From the NCBI GenBank assembly GCA_963804165.1, contig CAWDPO010000034.1, positions 64,001 through 128,000 on the forward strand: a DNA stretch of 64,000 nt, in the 5' to 3' direction. The position numbers were made by a program, and so were the translations under genes. Within the stretch, counting starts at the first letter, position 1. Every line of letters starts with the position of its first letter. This document shows positions 52,278 through 61,331 of the stretch, piece by piece. The notes beneath the pieces are model-generated. The model was not told where the DNA came from and ran no database searches. It worked only from the letters and a program-made list of their open reading frames with translations. The stretch comes from an uncultured delta proteobacterium (GTDB taxonomy: Bacteria > Desulfobacterota > Binatia > UBA9968).

Positions 52278-52430
52278 CTTGACATCCACATAGCAGCAGC
52301 GTCGTCGAAGGATGCGCTCCGTTCAAGACGTTGCAGAAGGAAGTCCGTATCTTCGTCTGAAGCGCTTGACATGAGCCTGGCGGACAACTTAGGTTCCAGC
52401 GACGACGGCCCGATTACATGGAGGTGGCTC

Positions 52431-53468
52431 ATGACGAAAGCACGCGGTGTATTCTTGCTCCCTATCTTTGTCATATCGATATCGCTGGTCACGTCGGCGC
52501 TGGCTGCTTCGGTCGAGGACTTCTACAAGGGCAAAACCATCCAGTTCGTCGTCGGTGGCACCGCAGGTGGAGGCTACGATACGTACACTCGGCTTATCGC
52601 GCGCCACTTCGCTCAATACGTTCCCGGCAAACCCTCCACTATCGTTCAGAATATGCCCGGAGCGGCCATGCTGATCGCGGCGAATTACACATTCAACAGC
52701 GCCCCGCGCGATGGAACGGTCATCGGGCATTGGTCCGGCCCGCTTATTCTTCAGCACCTGATGGGGAACCCTGCGGTGCAATTTGAGGGGCGCAAGTTTG
52801 GCTGGCTCGGTATGCCGACGGCGGATGCGCTTGTGTGCATACTGACCGATCGCAGCGGGATAAAAACGGCAGAGGAGTGGCGCAAGGCTAAAACACGGGT
52901 GAAGCTGGGGGCGATTGGCCCCGGCACCAGCGGAACTGACGATACCAAACTCCTTGCCGCCGCCACGGATTTTCCCCTGCAACTCATCGAGGGCTACAAG
53001 GGTACCGCGGACATCAGGGTTGCAGCGGAAACAGGGGAAGTCGACGGTACCTGCGCCTTTGGCTGGCAATCGGCGAAAGTGACTTGGGCCAACGCGGTGC
53101 GGGTCAAACAGGTTCATGTTGTGCTCCAGACAATGCTCGAGCCTCATCCCGAACTGAAGGGCGTCCCTCTCGCTGTCGATTACGCCAAGACGGAGGAAGG
53201 GAAGAAACTCCTCCGGATCGCCAGCGAGCTTTACGGCAAACAAAGACTCTATTCTCTTCCGCCACAAGTCCCCGAACAGCGCGTGCGAACACTGCAGAAA
53301 GCTTTCATCAGTACCCTGAAAGATGCTCAGCTTCTGGCGGAGGCAGAAAAGGCGAAGCTCGAGATCGACCCGATCGATGGACCGGGCGTAGAAAAGATGG
53401 TGAACGGCTTGTATGAAATCGAGCCCGCCATCGTGAATCGAGTGAAACAGATACTCGAGTCAAAATAA
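52431..53468 (+). CDS. tripartite tricarboxylate transporter substrate-binding protein (Bug/TctC)
   Basis: GGGYDTYTR, QNMPGA, PRDGT, GYKG; GGAGG RBS. Confidence 0.88.
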   Translation: MTKARGVFLLPIFVISISLVTSALAASVEDFYKGKTIQFVVGGTAGGGYDTYTRLIARHFAQYVPGKPSTIVQNMPGAAMLIAANYTFNSAPRDGTVIGHWSGPLILQHLMGNPAVQFEGRKFGWLGMPTADALVCILTDRSGIKTAEEWRKAKTRVKLGAIGPGTSGTDDTKLLAAATDFPLQLIEGYKGTADIRVAAETGEVDGTCAFGWQSAKVTWANAVRVKQVHVVLQTMLEPHPELKGVPLAVDYAKTEEGKKLLRIASELYGKQRLYSLPPQVPEQRVRTLQKAFISTLKDAQLLAEAEKAKLEIDPIDGPGVEKMVNGLYEIEPAIVNRVKQILESK

Positions 53469-53475
53469 GTTAGTA

Positions 53476-53622
53476 CGTTCAAATAGTTCAAAACGTTCAA
53501 CCGCGTATGCTCCGTTCAAGTCGTTGCGGCTAACGCAGGATTTAAAGTTCAAGGTTCAAAGTTCAAGGACAAGGATTCGGAAGGGAAACTTCCATGTTTT
53601 TGGAATTCCGAAAAACGTCGAA
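53476..53622 (+). repeat. GTTCAA ladder + palindrome element, copy 2
   Basis: ttccatgtttttggaattccgaaaaacgtcgaa. Confidence 0.8.
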
Positions 53623-53744
53623 GGGAATCCTAGTGAGTCTGCCGCTTAAGCAAATCAAAAAAGCGATCTCAAGGGTACTTTTCCGTTGAACGCGTGTCTG
53701 CGCATATGTTAATCCGCTTCGGGGGAAAGGGATGATCAGACTTT

Positions 53745-53930
53745 CTAATCTAGCCAATCTTGACAGTTTCTTATCACTCCCGTCAGAGGGCATACATCGC
53801 GAGGCGACCACGGCTGGAGAGTTAACCGGCAGATATTGCTCGAGACCGAATCCCCGGGCGGATAATGCTCCGCCCAAAGTTTTCTTATCTCTAGAAGTTT
53901 TTCCCTATTAATGTCGGACAGCACCATCAT
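53745..53930 (-). CDS. short hypothetical ORF, possibly a fragment
   Basis: Protein-like N-half (REKLLEIRKLWAEHYP); no family recognised. Confidence 0.25.
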   Translation of the reverse strand: MMVLSDINREKLLEIRKLWAEHYPPGDSVSSNICRLTLQPWSPRDVCPLTGVIRNCQDWLD

Positions 53931-54664
53931 TCGCCGAGTCCATTTAAAACTTTCGCCGCTTCACGCCAGCCCCCCTCGCGCTCTCCGCCTTCACCTGCTC
54001 GAACTCCTCTTTTCGAATTCCCGTGGCTATCAACGCTCTAGGGTGGCAATAACAATTGTTAGACGTGCTGGTTCAATCGTAGGTATCAGAGTCGAGAAAT
54101 TACGATATACCTAGCGATCTCGATTGCTGTCTAATATTGGACCAAATTCAAAAGAAACTAACGGGCGCAGCAGTCGACGTATCCTGAGTCGTAACATGGA
54201 ATCACTCGGCTCGTTAAAGTAGTGCCGTTTCATTTCAGTCTGCGAGGGCCGCAAGATACAAGATTTGTCCACAATATCTGTTGATAAGTTCTTGAAAACT
54301 CCCTTCTGTGGCGTGGCAAAGTGGGAATAGGCGCGTGTCTCAGCGAATTGCCTAAATTGTCCCCATAGAAAAGCGAGCGTAATTACCCTAAACGTCCTTT
54401 CTCGAGATTCCGCATCAAACGGTACTCCAAGCGAGGTTTGATCTTACGCCGCCTGCGAAAGCTGAATTGAGATCCTCGTCTCGCTCGGTGTTTTAGCTCA
54501 TTCCCACACGGCCAGTCATTTCCCCTCACGCAACAGAAACGGGGTAATCTATGAAGCTCGGTTCAATATTAAATAGCAAATCGTGACTGGCGGATTTAGC
54601 ATTGAGCCGCACATCCGGGCGCGGTGCGTACCGCATATCGCCGGTTACCGGCAGCTATACGACT

Positions 54665-54950
54665 GCCGAACTAGAGGACGACGGAGCCGGTTACGATATT
54701 GGCTCTTTCATGTTCGATGGGAAAAAACATTCATCGACGTCAAAACCAGCACGGGTGATAAGGACAGCGAGTTCTTTATTACGGCGAATGAACTCGAATT
54801 CGCGAAGCACAATTCGAGGAACTTTTATCTTTACCGTGTTTATGAGTACGATGATAATACCGATCGCGGAAAGTTTTTTGTCTTACACGGGTCGCTTGTA
54901 ACTCACTGCGCTTTGCTTCCGGTAGGTTATAGAGTCAAGGTTATTCGCCA
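54665..54950 (+). pseudogene. DUF3883 (restriction-endonuclease-like) domain fragment with frameshift near 54725
   Basis: DDGAGYDIGSF..DGKK / FIDVKTS..FFITANELEFA..FYLYRVY. Confidence 0.7.
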
Positions 54951-55070
54951 AGCCTTTGCTAACTTTGCACAAGCCCTCGAGTTTCTTGAACAGGCACTTG
55001 ATCAAAATTGGCCCGGTCACTGTCGCGATCTCAAACAATTGCCTCGCGCTGCCACTGTCCGCGATAAAGG

Positions 55071-55382
55071 CTAGAGCGTGTGCGCTAAATCTAGATCGCC
55101 TATTTGTTCTAGAGAGTATCCTGTGTGGGATTTTAGAATGCTATAAATCTCGTCGCAAAATTTGGGATCGTCAAAATGCATTGCACCCATGTATCGATGG
55201 CCCTGATAATCAATGAACAAAAATATCCTGGTCATGAGGAGATAGTTCGTTAATACTTGCTGAAGGATTCCAATTTCCCCAGTGGGTTTATCGGTAGGAT
55301 CTAAGCGCGTCGTTGTCCATTCTGGCGGCCAACTGCAATAACCGCTCTTTCGCTTCATCAGTGGATGGTCGCGAAGCGTCAC
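55071..55382 (-). CDS. hypothetical protein
   Basis: 103-aa ORF with globular composition; no family recognised. Confidence 0.6.
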   Translation of the reverse strand: MTLRDHPLMKRKSGYCSWPPEWTTTRLDPTDKPTGEIGILQQVLTNYLLMTRIFLFIDYQGHRYMGAMHFDDPKFCDEIYSILKSHTGYSLEQIGDLDLAHTL

Positions 55383-55658
55383 GATCCATTAGACGTAGGT
55401 TACCTATTGGGTGTCAATAAATTTAAATTCTATTTCATGTTCCGTTTTGTGTCGGAAATCTGACCAATGAGTTTTGCCCACCATCTTTTCTCTCTCGGAT
55501 CTGGAAATACGTTGACCGTATCCAGCAGTAGGCTCCTCGAAGCAGCAAACGGTCATACCCACGCACAAACTTGGGGGTCAAAGCCGGGGCAGCTCAGATT
55601 GACCCTCATCGAGTATGACTCTTATCGACTGCGCGAAGGCGGCATCCCATTTCCGGAC

Positions 55659-56771
55659 CTATCGTACCTGGCCAAAGCAGAACTGGTCGCCGGCACGGAC
55701 CGGGCGGCTGCCGGCGAAGTCGATTTGCAGCAGCTTTTCGGTTTCGATGTGGCGCCCCTTTTCATCCTCCAGCGTGGCGACGACTTTCCGGCTTGCGATG
55801 TCGATCACCTCGCCGCTCGACGGATAGATCAGCCGCCCGTCGATGCTGCAGGTGAACCAGCCGGGTTCGGCGCGGAGTCGAACGCTTTCCTTGTATTTAG
55901 GCGGCACGGACGTCGCATCGAAGATATGTGCATGGTTGTTGGGCCCGTCGGCAACCCAGATTTCCTTCTCGTCGTAGGTCAGCGCAATTCCGTGGCTGAC
56001 AGTACCATGCGCTCTGGGCTTCCCCTTGGCGAAGCCGGGCGCGGAAACCTCGTGCAGAACCTTGCCGGTTTGAAGATCGCCGACCGCGACGCCGAGGAGG
56101 TTGTTGACGTTGACGTAGACCAGAGTCTCCTTGCCGTTGATCGCGAAGGGCCGCGTCTGATTGCTGAACGGGCCGACGCGCTTGACGACCTGGTTGGTCC
56201 GGCTATCGACGATCGCCATGGTCGAAGTGCGCAGCGACGCGAGATAGACGCGCCCGGTGTGCGGCGAATAGATCGTGTTGTGGGCTTCGCCTTCGGTGGT
56301 AATAGTTGTGATCACATTGCCGGTACCGGCATCGACCACATACCATTTCGGCAGATTGAAGGCCGGCACGTAAAGCGTCTTGCCGTCGGCGGAAACCGCC
56401 ATGCGATCGCAGCAGTCGGCGTCGTACCCTTTCTGCCAGACGATCTTGTCGGTCGCGAGATCGAAGGCCGCGAGACGGCGCGTGGTGCTGACGAAGAGCC
56501 GGCCGGTGGCGGCGTGTGCGGCGATGCCCTTGATGGGTTCGATCGCCTCGCGTCGATAGGTTTCCCAGGTCCCAATCCGCCGAACGAACTTGTGGCCGTT
56601 ATCGGCGTCGAACACGAGGATGCCGACGCCGCCGAATTGGTCGTAGTTCGACACACCCGGCACTGCCGCATAGATGTATCGCCGGACATCCTGGGCAGCG
56701 GCCGAAACCGCGGAGAGGGCGGCCGCCAGTAGCGGCAGCATCAGGGACAAACACCGCGCAAGTCGACCCAT
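55659..56771 (-). CDS. secreted YncE-like beta-propeller protein
   Basis: Signal peptide; repeated blades (AVSADGKTLYV, GIALTYDEKEIWV); GAGG RBS. Confidence 0.82.
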   Translation of the reverse strand: MGRLARCLSLMLPLLAAALSAVSAAAQDVRRYIYAAVPGVSNYDQFGGVGILVFDADNGHKFVRRIGTWETYRREAIEPIKGIAAHAATGRLFVSTTRRLAAFDLATDKIVWQKGYDADCCDRMAVSADGKTLYVPAFNLPKWYVVDAGTGNVITTITTEGEAHNTIYSPHTGRVYLASLRTSTMAIVDSRTNQVVKRVGPFSNQTRPFAINGKETLVYVNVNNLLGVAVGDLQTGKVLHEVSAPGFAKGKPRAHGTVSHGIALTYDEKEIWVADGPNNHAHIFDATSVPPKYKESVRLRAEPGWFTCSIDGRLIYPSSGEVIDIASRKVVATLEDEKGRHIETEKLLQIDFAGSRPVRAGDQFCFGQVR

Positions 56772-56917
56772 TGGATCTTCCTCCTCTGTGGGGCTCGGCT
56801 GAAGACTGACAGTGAAGTTGCTTCGCGCAGAAATTAATCGATAACCTGGATCGGTGTCAATCACGAATGCGCTGTTTGCGTTGAATCTCTCGGTCGGACC
56901 AGGGTTAAAATGGCTGC

Positions 56918-57108
56918 GGTTCAAAAGGCAAAGTTCAAAGGTTCGAGCTTTCTAGGCGAAGCCAGTTCCAAACGTTCTAGTCGTTTCACCGCTTCGCTTC
57001 GTTCCGATCGTTTCAGACACAGGGTGGTTCAAGGTTCAAGAGTTCAAGGTCAGGTTGGAACGGGAACTCCCATGTTTCGGAAATTTCCGAAACGTCCAAG
57101 CGTTCGAG
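56918..57108 (+). repeat. GTTCAA ladder + palindrome element, copy 3
   Basis: Perfect 20-bp palindrome gtttcggaaatttccgaaac. Confidence 0.8.
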
Positions 57109-57440
57109 GATGATGCTCGTCGGTGAAACGTTTAGTCTAAGAGACCAAGCGATGCCGTGAGCTAGGCGAAAATAGTTCATCGACGGGATATGCCCGCGCA
57201 TCAGTCTCACCCCAATCCCATCGACAGCGCCGCACCGGTTGAATAACGGCTTGTTAAGCCGAGATTGTTGCCGGGAGTGCGTAACAGGACAGGCGGCTTT
57301 CTCGTTGAAAGGGCGCGCGGTCGCGTGTTAGAAGCATGCCTAAAGTATAACGGCCGTGGTCGTGAGTCGTCGCCTCGTAAGTCATGTGGGTCCCGCGCAG
57401 CGAAAAGAAAAGTAGCCTGTCGCCTTCGCGGAAGAAAACA

Positions 57441-58166
57441 ATGCATCGAATCCATTTTTTATTAGCCTGCTTGTGTGGAGCCATCCTGTTGCCGGGTTGC
57501 GCAACGATGTCGGCTCGGTACGAACCCAAGCGCATCGACTTGAGTGTGCCTCAATTGAACACTGTCAACGTGGCCCAGATCGGCGACAGCCTGCTACTTC
57601 AAGGAAATTTCTCGGAGCATGACGCGATCTATGTGCGATCGGATATTGGTGTAGGAACTTTCTCCGGCTACACCCTACGTCCCGGTTTTTATACGAAGGA
57701 AGGAGAGAACGCCGGCTCTGAATTTTTCCGGCCCAGCACCTACGGGAACGGCGGTGCAGTGATCAAAAATCCGCTGGTCGATCCGTGGAAGTGGGTGCTG
57801 GCCTACAAAGACCGAAACACGATCTGTATCGTGACCCTATTGAACCTGTCCGTGTGCACGCATGACGCGCCGTTTGTCAGGATGAAACAGCCGGTTACGA
57901 CGCCGAACTCATTTCAGCAAACCCTGATCTACTGTGGCAAATTGGGTAACAAGTTAAGAATCGGATATCGAGAATTTTCCGGCAATTTCGCCAGACCGGC
58001 GTTCAACAACGACGTCGAATACGACCTCAACGAGTCGAGTCTCATCGGCTATAAAGGGGCGAGAATTCAAGTCATCGAAGCGACTAACGAACATATTAGA
58101 TACAGGGTCATCAAGACCTTTAACCCGGCGGCGCAGGACTACCATTCGTTCGACGCGCGCAGATGA
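57441..58166 (+). CDS. hypothetical lipoprotein
   Basis: LPGC lipobox; conserved-looking C-terminus GYREFSGNFARPAFNNDVEYDL. Confidence 0.75.
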   Translation: MHRIHFLLACLCGAILLPGCATMSARYEPKRIDLSVPQLNTVNVAQIGDSLLLQGNFSEHDAIYVRSDIGVGTFSGYTLRPGFYTKEGENAGSEFFRPSTYGNGGAVIKNPLVDPWKWVLAYKDRNTICIVTLLNLSVCTHDAPFVRMKQPVTTPNSFQQTLIYCGKLGNKLRIGYREFSGNFARPAFNNDVEYDLNESSLIGYKGARIQVIEATNEHIRYRVIKTFNPAAQDYHSFDARR

Positions 58167-58214
58167 TTCGGCCAAATTAACATCGTTCCGCGAAGGTAAA
58201 TCCGTTTATTCATC

Positions 58215-58281
58215 CGTTCAAGGTTCAAAGGCTCAAGACTTTCTAACCGAAGCCAGTTCCAAACGTTCCAGTCGTTCCATT
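58215..58281 (+). repeat. partial GTTCAA element, direct repeat of about 56932-56990
   Basis: Shared cgaagccagttccaaacgtt. Confidence 0.75.
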
Positions 58282-58379
58282 TGCTCAGGCTGCTGCAACG
58301 CGCAGGAGTTTGTTGTTCTATGGCGGTATTGATAGAACCTTGGAATCAGTTCGGAAACGTATCGCATGGAGGCACTAAA

Positions 58380-58511
58380 ATGAATGAGAATGCTAAACGT
58401 AACTTGCAACGCCGCAAGCGGCAAGCGACTCGGCTTGCTAAACGCGAGTATTTCAGGAAAAAAAAGGAAGCCCTCAATGTGTCGCCTGCTGGAAAGGATA
58501 AAGTGAGTTAA
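58380..58511 (+). CDS. 43-aa highly basic small protein
   Basis: GGAGG RBS at 58368-58372; MNENAKRNLQRRKRQATRLAKREYFRKKK. Confidence 0.55.
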   Translation: MNENAKRNLQRRKRQATRLAKREYFRKKKEALNVSPAGKDKVS

Positions 58512-58529
58512 ACCGAGTAGCTTCGCTAC

Positions 58530-58782
58530 GGCTACGCCGGTTCAATGTTCAATGTTCAAGGTTCAACGTTCAAAGTTTCGAAAACGAAGCGCGTTCAAAG
58601 CGTTCAAAACCAAGCCGGTTCCCGTCGTTTCACCGCTCGCCCCGTTCAAAACGTTCGAGTCCGCGGGCCGTTCAAACGTTCAAGGTTCAACGTTCAAGGG
58701 TAGATTCGGAAGGGGAGTTGCAAATTTTGAGAGCTCTCAAAACATTGAAATAGACGTTTGACGGCACGGCCGTTCAAAGCGG
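58530..58782 (+). repeat. GTTCAA ladder + palindrome element, copy 4 (longest)
   Basis: Perfect 18-bp palindrome ttttgagagctctcaaaa. Confidence 0.8.
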
Positions 58783-58790
58783 TAGACGTT

Positions 58791-59036
58791 TTACTTTCTC
58801 CGTCCGGCCTCGTAATCCGATCTCGACACTTCGTTCACCTCTGACGACTGCAACGTCACTTTGGAGCGGGTCTTTGAATCTTCAAAGACGACCGCACCGC
58901 TATCTGTGCGGTCAAAATCGGTCGTGTAATAGACTCTTCCGGTCGCCTGATCGCTGACCCGGTAGTAGGTTGTGCACCCGACTACGAACAGAAACAGGAA
59001 ACAAATACCCACTCGTGTAATCGTTCCAAATCTCAT
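58791..59036 (-). CDS. small lipoprotein, YgdI/YgdR-like
   Basis: VVGC lipobox; beta-rich mature region; AGGAGG RBS. Confidence 0.7.
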   Translation of the reverse strand: MRFGTITRVGICFLFLFVVGCTTYYRVSDQATGRVYYTTDFDRTDSGAVVFEDSKTRSKVTLQSSEVNEVSRSDYEAGRRK

Positions 59037-59327
59037 TGCAGCACCCTCCTTTCACTTTAAGTCCGCCACTTTTATTCCGCCTTGTCAACATAGCTACCCT
59101 TGTTCAATTGATTCGTTATGCAGGGCGTGGAAAATCTTGGAGCGCAAACATTAAGAAGGCTCGAATTCGGACGGAGCCTATCTTTGCTCTCGTCTGATCA
59201 TTCTCGGCACGGTCGTTATCTTTTTTTGGATCGCCGGTGATCGAGAGATGTCATCGAGATTTAACGCAGACGACTTGTCGCCGAAGGCGCCGATGATAAA
59301 GTTGCAGTATCGATCGAGGAGGTGAGT

Positions 59328-59717
59328 ATGGACGAGCAATACAAAACCCACGGTGCTTTCAGCTGGTTCGAATTGATGACCACGGATCCCAAGGCAGCCA
59401 AGGACTTCTACGCGAAACTGTTCGGTTGGACCACCGAAGAGATGAACAACATGCCCGGCATCACTTACACGGTGGTAAAAGCGGCGGGGAAACCCGTCGG
59501 CGGCATCATGTCCATGCCGCCGGGAGCCGAAGGGCTGGCGCCGAACTGGGGCGCATTCGTTACGGTTAACGACGTGGACGCGGTGGCTGCGAACGCGCAA
59601 CAACTCGGCGGAAAACTTTTGCTGGAACCAAAGGACATCCCGAACGTCGGACGTTTTTGCGTCATCCAGGACCGGCAGGGCGCGGTGATTTCAGCGATCA
59701 CATACGCGAGCGCATAG
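59328..59717 (+). CDS. VOC family protein (glyoxalase/bleomycin resistance)
   Basis: FSWFELMTTD, FYAKLFGW, DIPNVGRF. Confidence 0.9.
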   Translation: MDEQYKTHGAFSWFELMTTDPKAAKDFYAKLFGWTTEEMNNMPGITYTVVKAAGKPVGGIMSMPPGAEGLAPNWGAFVTVNDVDAVAANAQQLGGKLLLEPKDIPNVGRFCVIQDRQGAVISAITYASA

Positions 59718-59822
59718 ATTTTCCAGCAGCCAGCGGTGCGCCCGAGCGCTGCAGCATGTTAGCGTTGGCGGGAAGCGCCGAGTGCAGCCGTTTAACCGGG
59801 AGAGGGCGATATAGCCATCGGC

Positions 59823-60929
59823 CTACAACACAACTTTCTGCCGTTGCCCCGTTTGTGAAGCGCGCACGATGGCATCCAACGATCGGTGGCGGCGCACCGC
59901 GTGATCGAAGTCGGGATCTATATTCGACCCGGTGCGTATCGCTTCGGCAAACTTGACCCACATCTGGCCCACCTCGTACGCGGGACCGCCGTCGCGCACG
60001 GCTTGCGGCACCCACGTGAATCGCTCCGGCACGGTCAACTCTTGGAGCGCCTTGTCGTCTTTGTGTCCCCCCATGATCTTGCGCCGGCGCTCCTCGCCAC
60101 CCTCGCCGCCGCCGATCATCGACAGTGTGCCCTCCCTGCCGTAAATCTCCAAACGATGGCCGCTGCCGTGATAAGGATGTACGCCGCAGTAGCCGTTGAC
60201 GATCGCACCGTTTTCGAGCCGGCCCTGAACCGCGATGTTATCGGGCGAGGTGACATCCACGTATTTTTTCGTGTCGGTCTCGAACCACTGCGGCACCTGC
60301 GTGCTTACGGTCGCGGACACTTCGGTCAGCTCGCCGACCACCATGCACATGGCGTCAAACACGTGTGCGAACGTGATCGTCAGCGTGTTCGCGCCCAAGG
60401 TCACATCGCGCTGCCAGGTGCGATCCGCGGTGCGGGTCAACACGCCGCTGCCCATCAGCGTCATGTTCACCGCTAGCACCTGTCCGACGTAACCTTGCTG
60501 GATGAGCTCGCGCATATACAGATAAGCGGGCGACGCGCGCCGCTGCAAGCCGACCATGGTGCGCACGTTTTTCTGGCGCGCCAGCGCCGCCAGTTCTTCG
60601 GCTTCTTTTGTATTTGCGCCGAGGGGCCACTCGCAGAAGACGTGCTTGCCCGCTTCAATGGCGTTTTTGCTAAGCTCATAGTGTGCCGGCACGCGCACGG
60701 CGACCGCCACGGCTTCGACCTCCCTATCGGCGCCCAACGCTTTGTCGCTGCCGTACGCGCCCGTCACGCCGAACTTATCCGCCGCCGCCTGCGCGGTATC
60801 CGCATGCGCGGTGCATACGGCATAGAGCTCGGCTTCCGACACGCCCTTCAGCGCCGGCACATGCGCCCGCGGCCCCCATCTGCCGCCTGCTCCGATGAGA
60901 CCTACGCGTAATGGATTGGATTGCGTCAT
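59823..60929 (-). CDS. Gfo/Idh/MocA oxidoreductase
   Basis: VGLIGAG, GKHVFCEWP. Confidence 0.9.
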   Translation of the reverse strand: MTQSNPLRVGLIGAGGRWGPRAHVPALKGVSEAELYAVCTAHADTAQAAADKFGVTGAYGSDKALGADREVEAVAVAVRVPAHYELSKNAIEAGKHVFCEWPLGANTKEAEELAALARQKNVRTMVGLQRRASPAYLYMRELIQQGYVGQVLAVNMTLMGSGVLTRTADRTWQRDVTLGANTLTITFAHVFDAMCMVVGELTEVSATVSTQVPQWFETDTKKYVDVTSPDNIAVQGRLENGAIVNGYCGVHPYHGSGHRLEIYGREGTLSMIGGGEGGEERRRKIMGGHKDDKALQELTVPERFTWVPQAVRDGGPAYEVGQMWVKFAEAIRTGSNIDPDFDHAVRRHRSLDAIVRASQTGQRQKVVL

Positions 60930-60963
60930 TGTTTTCCTCTTCCGGTCAAGTTGGTTTTTAGCC

Positions 60964-61024
60964 CTACGCCTTCATCTCGATAAACTCAAGCGGCACCTCA
61001 TTCGGTCCCTCCACGCCAACGGCG
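60964..61024 (-). pseudogene. 3' remnant of a probable VOC-family gene
   Basis: AVGVEGPNEVPLEFIEMKA* abutting a GTTCAA element. Confidence 0.45.
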
Positions 61025-61105
61025 ATTCAAGGTTCAATAGTTCAAAAGTTCAACGGAAGATAATCCTGAGCAGTTCCACGTTTCGGGAATTCTCGAAACG
61101 TCGAA
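61025..61105 (+). repeat. GTTCAA ladder + palindrome element, copy 5
   Basis: ttccacgtttcgggaattctcgaaacgtcgaa. Confidence 0.8.
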
Positions 61106-61331
61106 CAGCCGCGATGATTTGCGGCCGAGGCCCATCGTCCACCTCGGATCGCGAGCTTGTGACTGGGCGAGGCGTTGCCACTTAAGCAAAGGATTCGTAT
61201 TTGCGATATTTGGTTGTCGTTTCCCCGCCCGAACGCAAAAAACTCTATCGACAGAACCACCGTTCGATCGCTGGCGATTGACGACTCGCCGGCTTAGCGA
61301 TAGGAGGAAGTAGATTAGCGAGAAAGGAGAA

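Larger units (their letters stand above)
50868..52305 (+). mobile_element. IS110 family (IS1111-type) element
   Basis: Subterminal IRs tatgagggatgtcgag / cttgacatccacata; GT core at both junctions; long 3' non-coding end. Confidence 0.8.

Noticed and set aside
50806-52326. 506-aa minus-strand ORF
   Set aside because: Antisense shadow of the IS110 transposase; no motifs
55467-56732. 421-aa plus-strand ORF
   Set aside because: Antisense to the beta-propeller gene; typical of high-GC codon bias
53641-61191. Shared gcc(g/a)cttaagcaaa motif downstream of two elements (53641, 61178)
   Set aside because: Only two short copies at different distances; sigma54 spacing not met; insufficient support
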